Shown one piece after another: positions 1 to 12,000 of a stretch of 51,053 bases of DNA. Source of the DNA: a virus (taxonomy: Duplodnaviria; Caudoviricetes). A model generated the notes under the pieces. It had not been told where the DNA came from. It ran no database searches and worked only from the letters and a program-made list of their open reading frames with translations. Numbering within the stretch: position 1 is the stretch's first letter; each line of letters opens with the position of its first letter. The stretch is from the IMG/VR virus record IMGVR_UViG_3300017778_004680, positions 1 through 51,053 of that record. The stretch is one strand, 5' to 3'. A program made the position numbers and the translations under genes.

Positions 1-2
1 AG

Positions 3-3000
3 TCCACTGATTGTGTTTGCCACGGTGTCTCGATAGCGATATGCAATACGTTCACCGTTGATTGTTGCAAGACCAAAGAAGCCATTGGGTAAATTAGGTT
101 GTGCCAGCGCATTGGCATTATCTACATAGATTATATCATCGGTAGCAAGCACTGCCTGAATAACAGTTGCCGTGGTGCTTGGCGTAATACGATATGTAGT
201 TTGTTGCCCACGCATGTCTTGAAAAATACGGAATGCCATTGCTGATGGAACTACTTCTTGAGCAAGACTAGTAATTGCCACTGATTGAGCAGTACTAATT
301 ACTGTACCTAGCACAGTCACAACATTTCCGCTAACCGTGTATCCTGTATCAGGAAACAAGTAACTACCGTCCAATGTGACCACTAGCCGCTCAGGCGAAA
401 GTATTGTTTGTTCAATATCAAAAGTATTAGAACTTACAATAATACCAGTTGAATAATCAAAAGATCCCAATGCACCTGGGATAGTTCCCTCGTCGTATAA
501 TGTATAATCGTATCCTTCGGCAATTTGTGTACCTTGTGTTGTTGGACCAACAAATACATGTGTTATCATGTTTTGTTCAGCAGTATCATTGAACGTAGTT
601 ATTGTAATAACATCGCCGAGCACAGGAATCAAACCCTGCGCAGGCTGGAATGTAATGGTGTTACCTACAATCCAATACTGTGCCTTGGTTCGAACTGATA
701 TTAGTACCGTTGCGCCCACAGCTGGTGCTGTTGTGAGTGTGACTGAACGAACTGTACTTCCATCGTAAGGATCAAGTACAAAGTTTACACCCAATGTTTG
801 TGCAACATTATTAATATAAACACTGACATCATTGCCGCCAATCAAGGCTTGATCATATCCACCGCGATCAGGTAATGCATAAGTGACTTGTGATCCGTTT
901 CCAGTATATCCAATGCCTTGAGATGGTCTAGCTCTTACGCCATTCTTGTTAACTATTGCGTTGACAGGATTAGTCCCTTGAACACTATTGGTTAATGTGT
1001 AAGACAAGCTTCCGTCACTTAGAATATATTGTGTAACTGGAGTGCTCCATCCGGTGTTTGTGGTATTTCCAAGAGCAGTGATTGTAATTCTATCAGCGGC
1101 TGTGTATGCTCCAGAGAACTGAATCAAAGTGTACCCTGTTCCCTCTGCACTTGCAGTATATGTTATTATTCCCGAAATAGACGAGTCAGATCCATTTACT
1201 TGAACGCCATTAGCAAAAATTGCAAAATCAGTTATCAATGCATAAGGGTAAGGGATAATAACTGCGTTGTCAACAAAGTCAGTTCCGACATAGCTGTTAG
1301 TATAAGTTTGATTACCGCCACCCAGCGCATAGGCAACTACTGCAATAATATCTCCTGCACCATTCGAAGACAACATAGTAACAACAAAATTTACCCAGTC
1401 TACGGTATAATCTATATCAAGTGATAGCTCAACACCTGTGGTTTGGTTAAACACTCTCACTTGCACAGGATAAGTCAATACTCCGGTAAAATCTAATTCA
1501 GGACTGGCAGGGTCGTATTCAAATTTACGTTGTCCCATTGGGAATCCATGTCCGTCGTCAGACCAATCTGCGCCGGGCGTTGTGTACACACGGAAATCCA
1601 GTGTGTCGTATGTGATGCCAGGTACTAGTTCTTCAGGTGCATGGCTTTCATAGGTATCCACAAATGCCCCGCCATCAACGTTGATACTGGTGGGTAATGT
1701 TCCCAGAAACGGATCAACAAAATTGCTTTCATAGATGGCATCAAGAATAGCAGGATCATATGTGGGTGCACCTTCTGGGCCATAAGAAATGTTATCATAT
1801 GGGTTGACATCAAAATTACCAACATCAAATCCGGTATTCTGATCAAAGTCAGGGGCATCAACTTGTACTCCAGGATAATCCACACCCGAAATCAATTGAG
1901 CAAGATCAAGTCCAGGTTGATTTACAGTAGGTGTATAAAATCCCATGGTTCGATCCACACCACTGAGTGTTGCGGCATCAACTTTGACCCACTGAGTAGG
2001 ATCAAATGTTGCGGAACGCACGCCAGTGCTGTCATCGCTGTTGGCTGCCCATACTATGTTGGCGTAACGAACTTGATCTCCGTTGTCATAGTTGACATTT
2101 GGTACCCATTCTTGTACTGTACTTGCATATTGGTAACGATCGTACTTGATAGTTGTAACAATATTACGAACTTGGTCATTACCCATTACTGCCACAGCCA
2201 ATGCACCTGACCCTGAGCCACTGTCAAATGTAATTGTTGCAGTTTCAGAATATCCTACGCCTGCATCAAGTACAGTAATTTCAACCACTTCGCCTGCACT
2301 GTTAATTCTTGCAGTCATAACAGCTTGTCGCAAACAGCTGCCAGTGACTACAACTTCAGGTGCTACTGCATATCCTGATCCACTGCTGACAATAGTTACG
2401 GATTCAATGCTTAACAAATAATTTTGAAACCACTGATTGTAAGGGAATGTTTGCCAAATAGGACTTGTACTTGGTACGCTTGAAGTTGTACTCAAAGTGC
2501 CAGTGTTATCTAATACCGGGCTGACAAATAGTCGTTGCAGTGGGTCGTAGTAGGCAGGCAAATCATAATCTGTTAGAGATCCAAGGTATCTGTCAAGGCC
2601 CTGATACTTGAGATTAAACTCACGTATTTGTACATGATATGGCTTGACTTCATTGATATAATCCAGTACAAAATCTTGATTGTCTCGACGATATATCTGG
2701 AACGGTACTAGATCACGAATTGTGTGATCAACATCAATTAAACTGGTCTTGATCAACCAATTTGGTGCTTGTTGTTCACTGAGGATGTAATTGAATATTA
2801 ACATCAACAAATTGTTACGTTCTATCAGCAAATCACCTATCAATAACTCTTGATTGATTGCCTCAATAATTTTGCGTGTTTCAACAATTGGTGATTGATC
2901 ATAATACTGCGCATCAAATACTTCGCTGTCAAATCCAAATCTTCCCGCGGCATAATCCCATAACACAGTTGAAAACTCAACTGTGCCATTTTGTAATCCA

Positions 3001-6000
3001 ACTCTGGTCCAGGTACCTGATGAATATAGATAAATTTCCCATTTGCCTTGGGCATTTGCAATTACTTTAACTGCACTGCCTTCAGCCACTGTGATTGTTT
3101 CCAACGCTGATTCATTTGGTACTTCAAGTGAGATACGAGTGTACTGGTTGTAACTTGGACTGTACCAATCAATGGTACTCCAGTAGTTTCGTGTATCATA
3201 ATTTTGTACACGTATTAAGTTTAATCCAACTTCGCCCAACAATGTACCAATGGCTGCAACTTGGTATATGGTCCACAAACCATTGTTGTTGCTGTCACTT
3301 GACACAAGGTATTTGTAACCAAGTGAAACTGCATCAAGATTTTGATAACTCAATTCTTCTAAATTGGCCACTCTCTTGTCCCAGGCGCCAGTAGATGCAG
3401 CCGGCTCTGGATCGTAACTGTTTAGCAGAGCCAGGCTTCGAGTTTCCACTATTGGAAACTGTGCCAACACTGTGTTGGCCTGTCCTAGATAATTTTTCAA
3501 TGCCAGAAAGCGATTGACAAACATGCTTTGTCTTGGACGGAATTCTACGCCATACTGGTTGGTGGGGCTCAAGAATGGATCAGGCACAGGGTTGCCCGTA
3601 GTGTCAGATCCTGTGAAGCTATCTAGCATTTTACGATACAGCGTATCGTTTAAAAATCCGTCAGCTCGGCCTTGAGGAATAAGTTGATATTCAACGTGCA
3701 CGGCTGCTTCGGTAAATTGCTTATCAAACTCAATGTGAAAGATAGTGTCATCTGCTGAAATGTATTGCAATCCATTATAGATAGCAATAGTGCTAGAATT
3801 AATAGGTGCAATGTATGCAATACCACTTGCACGTGGATTTTCTATGTAATTTCTCAGTGTGTCAATGCTTAGAGTCTTACGTGCCGCAGTATTCACTGTG
3901 CTGATTCCAGTAACCCAGAAATAATATTGTGTGGTCACAAATCCTTGATCACTCAATGATGATGAAATTACATAGCTAGTGATATCTTTAGGCATGCCCG
4001 GGCCTGTGTAATTTGCTGGTGCAACATCACTTACTATCCATTGATACATATCTACTGTGCTACCAGGGAACAATTGTCCCCAACGTCGGCTGGCATACAC
4101 AATATCACTCGTGTCAATGCCAATAGATTGGTGTGGATCAATAAATCGAACGTTATTGGTATCCCACCAAATTTGACCCACACGTTCTTCACCCCACTTG
4201 ACGCCGTAGTTGTTGAGTGGGCCAACATTGTAGGCTGCAGGATTGACCCCACCAATAAAATCAAGATTTTGTCTAACGACTCCCAATACAGTGCCTTGTA
4301 ACGGATCAAAATAGTCAAAGTATTGTTTGGTATTTCCGCTGACACGATCATACATGAATACAGTGTCCATTAAAGAGATATCCACTGCCGGTTGTTGACG
4401 TCGCTTGATTTGCCAAGCTGGAAGATTGTCTAAGTTATGGTATTGCAGAACTTGTCCAAAGTTTGCGCCACTGCTGTCACCACGATCGTATCCTGGCGTG
4501 CCTACTAATAAAATACCTGTAGTATAGTCCACTGCGGTGCCAAACTGATCTAGAGATTGTAAATTATTGTTGGTAAATTGTTGGCCAAACACAAACTGCT
4601 TTGGGTTGTCAACAGATGCATTAACTGCACTCAGTGCATCAAACGAATACACTGCGCCACTGTTAAGAGTAGTGTCAGAAAAACTTGTGCTATCACTATC
4701 AAATACTGTTTGATCTAAATCAAATGTTGTTGCACGAATCATACTGCCATTTGGGGCACCTACAATTAGTGTGGTTGTGTTTTCGCTAATATACAAACCT
4801 TGGCCAAAATGTGCAAATTTTTGTGGAACTGGACTTACAATAGTTTGGGTATATGCATACGAATTCATACCAAGATCAGCAAACAACGTTCCGGTTCCTG
4901 GAAGAACTTTTAGTCGATTTCCCGGAACTGATGCACTGAAGTTTTCAACAGAAATTATAATTCGACCCGATACAACTAAAATATTTGAAGTATTATACGG
5001 TGCAGTTGTGAATATAATTTGTTGTGTAGAACTATTGTAGGTATACTCTGAACCATAATTCTGTAGTACTCCATTAACGTAAACGACAGTGCTTGTTACT
5101 GATGCGGCAGATGAATAAATGCTACCTACATCAAATATTTTTGTAGAGCCGTCACCTTCCAAGGTCAAGTTTGGAGTTAGCGTGGCAGTAATATTTGGTA
5201 CTTGTGCTGCCACAATATCATCAACTAATGCACTTATAGTAGTGCCAGTTAGTTCAACATAGGTGTTGTCAAGTCTAATATATTCTCCTGCAGTGAGTAC
5301 AGGGCTGGCAATGGTAGATGTTATAGATCCGTATACTTCTGTTTGATTTTGATAAAACTCAACACTGCCAGCTTCTTCTTGTATTGACGAATCAAAGGGC
5401 GATGCAATGTACACGCCGTAATCAGTTGGACATTGATCTAATTTAGATCCAAACTGATTACCTTCAGCAGGTAACACTGATTCAATTGTCTTTAACAGCG
5501 TAAATTGATTGGTTGAAATTTCAATCACATCTCCTACGTTTAATGTAGATGTAATGTTTACAAATTGATCTGCAGGATCAGTTACATCAACAGTGTATTG
5601 ACCATTGATGTTCAGACCGCTTGGAATCATTACCACGCCATTTTGTGTTACAGATATAAATCCCGGTATTTCGAGGTCTTGTATGGTCTGATATTCAGTT
5701 TGTGTGGAATTGTCAACTATAAATCGTTGCGTGTTTCGGTCAAATATATAGACCACTCCAGTATTATTATCTTTGCCCGGACATCCCACAGTAACTTGAC
5801 TACCATCTTGGTCGCAAGCAATACTTTGGCCAAATCTCTCCCCGCCCACTAGACCTAGACCAGTAGTGGGCAATGTTCCAACATAATTAAAGTAACTTTC
5901 ACTAGAAACTGTTATCACGGCCCCGGCCGGGGGCACAGTAGTAAACACCAGAATCATTGGGTCCACAATGCTACTGTCGCTGTTAAAATCGTAGTCCATT

Positions 6001-9000
6001 TTAGGACGTTGCAACACGTTATCTACTTTTACTGAGAATGAGTAAATGTCAGTCACTGTTGCAAGATAATTTGTGATATTGTATTCAGTTTGAGTTGTTA
6101 CTCCGGTGCCACCGCTGACAGTAAAGTCAACTATAGCACCTGTGAGAACATTAACTTCGGTAACAAACACTTGAATATTGTAGCTAAATGTCAATGCTCC
6201 GCTGGCAGCACCATTGGGTGATTGATTTAGCACAAGCTGTGTTCCGTTGGGAACTACTTCAACGTATTGCCCTTGTGTAAATCCAGTACCAACAACTATC
6301 ATGCCTGGCATAATACCGGTGGTATTAGCAACTGTTATTGTAACGCCAGCGCCGCTTACATAAGAAGTCACAATAGGTGCAGGCGGAATTGCATCTGATG
6401 TGGCAACTGTGTCTTGGTTAATAGTTAAAATATCACTAACGTTATAATCTATGCCAGCGGCTGTTAAGTTTATTGTGTACACGCCCCGAACGTTGTTTAC
6501 TGTAAATTCAGCACCTGATCCTGGTCCTGTGGTGGTTGCTGTAACTCCTAGCACCAATGCTTGATCCAATTGAACAACATTTCTTCTACTAATTGTTAAA
6601 AGCTTGTTGTCTGATGGAGCACCAAACAACGTTATATTAGTTGGAGTTACTGTGTAGTCAGTTGCGTATGTCAGTAACACATTGTCTAACACCACACTGA
6701 TCTGATCAGGTTTGGTGTAATCAGCTACAATATAATTACTCCAGTTGTAACTTATGACAGTGCTACTTGTGAGATACTCTACTGATTGTTGTTCAACATC
6801 AACACGATTATAAGCATGCACACGATTGAGTCCAGGTGCAGAAATATACATCCAACGCTCATTCATGCTCATCACCACAGCATAACCAAACTCGCCATTG
6901 GCAAAATCTTGATCAGGTGCGACCAATAGCTGTCGTTGTTCAAAGAAATTGCTGCCAGGTTTTACATAAATTGTAGTAACGTATCCCTGATTGGAGTTAC
7001 TTTGGCTAGCGCCAATCACTGCCCATGACTGGTCACCAATATCAACTGCATTTCCGTACCCAGTTGTGTCGGTGGTATTCAATGTCAATAGAGAATTCTG
7101 TTCGTATATGTCCCGATCATTTTTTACATAACTGTATACTATACCCGGGGCACTGGCCGAATTACTAGGGTTGTAGTTTGGTGCGCCAACTAGTGCGCTC
7201 AAATTAGACAGTCCTTGGGCAACAGTTGTACCATATTGGCTGTAAGGCTCAGGTGCTTTTGGTACTAGAGTTGCGGTTTCTACAAATGGATCTGTTTTTT
7301 CCAACACAATCCAGTGCCCAGTGCCGTCATTGTCTACCCAGGCCATTACTCCTGGTAATAACTGATCAGCATAAGGCAATATGGATACGTCAGCAGGCTG
7401 TTGTACTCGGCTAGGCTGCAATGTGAGTCCAAGACCAACACCAGTTTCTGCAGTTTGAAAACCAGAAAATGTATAATCAATTACCACAGTTGTAATGGTC
7501 GGAACTGCAAGTACCTGGTACACGCCATTGATATCGTTAGAAAAATATTTGATAATTAATGTATTGCCGGCAGTGAGTCCGTGTGCTTGATTAAATGTTG
7601 CAATGCTTGCACTTTCAAGATTGTCTTCTACTTTGACTATGGTGCCCGGTACTTTCTCAGCACGGTACACAGTCCAATCATAAGTGTTCACTCGGGCAAC
7701 CCAGATTGAAGTATCAACACCAATGGTATCTAATTGTGCGGCAAGTACATTATTATCTGACAGATCAAATACTGTAATATCAACATCATCTATATCAACA
7801 TACCCTGCGCCCGGTAACGAATTATCTGGCGTGTTTAATGTGGTGGGCAGTATGTTAGGAGAAGTAATCTTGTAATTGCTCTTTAAAATATCTGAAACAA
7901 ATACTGTTTGATCAGCCTGACTTTCTGTGTTAGGTTGGATTATTTGTACTAAACTTGGATTGCTCTCTAATTTGGCTGCTTCTAATAGAACTTCAAAGAA
8001 ACTACGGTTAGCATTGGCACCATAAGTGCTACGCAACATTGCCCAGTATTCATAGATGTCATATTGTGCAACTTCTTTGCCAAGATCAGCAAAAGTAAAT
8101 ATTTCAGCGGCAGGTCTTGTGCCTTTACTGCCCAAAAATTGTTGATACAGTTGCACTTGGCTAACATCATCTAGGTTCAGTGCTGCCATGTATTGTCGTG
8201 GTCGGAACCCGATCAAACCATAGCTAAACAAGTCAACTTCGGTTTCAAGATTGGCATTGTACACACTATAAGACAATGACAGTTGGTCACTTGCATTAGG
8301 GCTATTGGGCAACAATCCTTTTTGTATGTCGGCGTAGTCGCTTTTGATCCAAACACTATAATCAAATTTGGCAGAGGGCTGAATAATAGTGCCGGCTGAC
8401 CAGTATTGATCTTTAAACAGCACAATATCACCCTTGGTATATTTGCGATTTGGCATCCATTCTTGAATATTATCTTGGTTGAGCACAAATCCCGGTGCAT
8501 TAACTGTTCCGTTCCAGTCACCGCTGAGCCATCCAGATACTAGTACACGACTTTGTCGTGCACCTGTTACAGGATCATATATCAAGTCAGCAAAAATACT
8601 GCGGTTATCTAACACCATGACATGTTCAAACGCTGTAAATCGAACATTCAAGTAGTTAATGGTGTCTGCGTTTAAACTAGTAACACGCAATGTATTTTCA
8701 AAACGATCAATAACAAGATTGCCAGGTGGTATGGCTTGGCTATTTTGATTTAATATAATGCTATCAAGTCGTGGTGGTGACAAGCTTTCGGCAACCACAC
8801 CCGGGCGAGTAATTGATATACGAGTGGCGCCCGGGTTAAGATTAATAATGCTACCACTAGTCCAACCCTGATTACTCCAGTACAAGAATTCCTGAGCCAT
8901 TTGAGTCCAGTTCATGATGTATCCGTTTTCAGTGCCTTCAAAAGTAAATCCACGTTGAGTCAACAACTCACCATAGCTCATCAAGAAGTCGCACAGTGCG

Positions 9001-12000
9001 GCTCGATTAGTGAAAACAAATCCGTAAGGTACACGCACAACAGTGTTAGTATATTCAACTGGCACACGCTCTGCACTTCCGCCAGCCGAAATTGTAATTG
9101 TTACGCCAGTTGGTCGTGAAGCTAATATTTCAAAATAGCTGGCTTGACTATTGTAACCGAGCACCGCCCAGCCATCGCTGGTTGTTTGAACAATTACTGA
9201 GCTGTAAGTTGAAGATTCTAGTGGTGAGTTTTGGTACAGCAACAGCTGATAACTTTCATCTGGCAATAGCAGACTGGCATTTTGTCCAGTAGGTGTGCTA
9301 CGTTCAGTATAAATTTTAAGATATCGTTTGTCAGAGAACGATGCCAGGCGCCAGCATAATTGAACATTGAGAGAATGAAGTGTGTTGGCCAACAGCTGAC
9401 TACTGTCAACACCACGTTGTCGATTGTAATCAATGATCCAGTTAATGTAACTGGCTCGACTCACACCATTACCATACAGTGGTTGAATGTTTTCTGGAAC
9501 AATACGATAACGTTGGTCCCACAAATATTGTTCTAGTGCATCATCGTACACATAACGATCACGATCCACAAACAAGTTAAAAAATTGTGCAGGTTTTGTT
9601 AGTGCCAACAAACGCATCACAGCAAACGGCCATGCTGAACTAGTGCGCCATGCTGATTCAACTGGTCCGTCATCACCAAATGCCCAACTGCGCCGGAAAC
9701 TTGTGGAATCAAAATTACCCACCACAGCATCAAGTGGGTCGAGTAACTGGCCTTCATCACCTGATGGAATAACCTGTGTTAAGCCCGGTCTAGCATAGCG
9801 AGGATCAATTCTAGGGTTAATAGGATCTGCAATCAAACCTGCTTCAAGATCTTCCCACAACACCAAGTTGCCCGACGTGTAAGGTGCAGAACCATATTGT
9901 TCTTGCCACCATGATGGTTCTTCTGAGAAACCTAGCATTTCCCAGGGAGTTGTATTGGGTGTTGTGGTATCGTAGAAATAATTGTATATCCCTCTCCACG
10001 CACCTAGCAATGGCTGTTTGGTAAGGCGATCACCACTTTGACTATAGTTGTAAGTAAATGGATCACCGGCTAGATATGTCTGAGCAGTATAGTCTAGCTT
10101 GTTCCAACCAATCCAACTCAAGAAGTCAGGTAGTAAAATATTATTAATTTCATCTAGTGTATAGTCAGTGGTTCTAAACTGTCCGGGTACTACATCTGCT
10201 ACATCCAATGGGATTGGGGATACAATCTTTAAGTTATTATAAATGCGTGTCTCAAACTCAAGCAACACCTGATCTCGGTAGTCACCAAATGCAACTGTAA
10301 TACTACCATCATGACCACGAATCACTTGTGTGGGTTCGAGGTAACTTTCATCAATATAAATCACTGGTTCCCATGCAGGATACAATCCCATCTTTGTGGG
10401 TGTGTTAGGTACAAAACTTCCGTAAGTTGTGGGATACTCTCGAATAGCAACAATATCCCCAGTGGTCAACGCAACTGACAATACCACAGTTGCGGCGCCA
10501 TCAGTGACTGTGTATTCTGGCCCACGTGTTAGTATTTCTCCGTTTAGGTACACCAACACACTTTGGAAATTAGATGATGTAAAATCATAAACTTGTGTGA
10601 GATCAAACGTGCCAGTAGATATGGGTGTCACAGTATAGTTTAACTGATTATATGTTTCACCAGCTGGCAACATATCGCTCCAGTAGAACGGGAACAGTTC
10701 GTTGCGACCTATAGAAATTTCTTGAGTTACTGCATCCAGTACTTGTGTTGATGTGGAGTTTACAAAATCTCCACGGCTGGCTAAATCTAATAATAATGCT
10801 TTGTATTTGTTGTATTCTTGATTGTTGTAATTTAGCGAGTTAAACAACTCATATTGCTGACGTCGTAAAAATACACCAGGCAATACTAGAGGAGAACTAT
10901 GTTGTACAATTTCAATGCCGTAAGGTAAAATATTACCTAGATCTCGGCTGTTGTTGGCACCATTGATTGGTCCTTGAATTCCACGAAGATTTTGTCCTAT
11001 ACTTTCGTAGTGTGTGCGCACAGTTCCCAATGTAAATTCAGCACTGTTACCATTTACTGCATTATTTTCTAAGTTTAACGGTACTTGATAATAGCCAATA
11101 GAACTTGCTTGATTAGATATTACCTGAACTTCAATAATTGTGCCAACAACTGGTTGTGTTGTAAAAGTAATTACTGTGGTTGATCCAACAATGTTATAGG
11201 TATAATTGCCAGGATCAATAAACAATCCTTCAACATAAATTTGTATAGGAGGATAGATGGAATCCACATCCACTGGCACATCTAGCGTTAGTGTTGATCC
11301 GGTGTATGTAAATTGAAATACTTGGCGGCTGCGATTTTGTGCGGCTGCTGTCTGCCATCCCAGTAAGTCAGAAAAACTAATTCGATCAATATATTGTCTT
11401 ACAAAACCAGTGCTGATATTGAGTTCGGAGCTGGTGCTGTTTTTTACATAAACAAACGTGTCGTTGTAAAAATAATTATCAAACACAATATCGCCCACAT
11501 TATTGATATTGAGATATTGTAAACTTAGCCCCAGCACAGGGTCTAAAGTTAAATTGCCGCCATCAGCATACCCAAATAATTTGCTACCAATAAATGTTGA
11601 GCTAGGATAAATTGTTCTATCACCAAAACTATAACCATTGTTGTCGTATACGTTAAACAACGGGGCTTGGTTAACGCCTGATTTTTGTTGTGCCAATTGC
11701 CATGTTACGCCATCAAACCAGTGTGTTTGGCCTCGTTGAATAGCACCGTTAATGCTGACCACTGTTTCTTCAATCAAGGGTGCACTATCAAGTGTGGGTA
11801 CCAAATCAATTACCAGCGTGCCAGAGTTAATGGGATCAATAAAAGTCACTTGATAAATTCGATTGCGCACTTGAGGATCTCGGTCGGCAGCAAATATTAC
11901 TCTGGTACCCTCAAGAAATGTGTATCCATCAACACCATAACCAATTTGTCCATTGATATTGCTTAGGGCATCGGTTTGTGAAAAATCAATTACGTTAACT

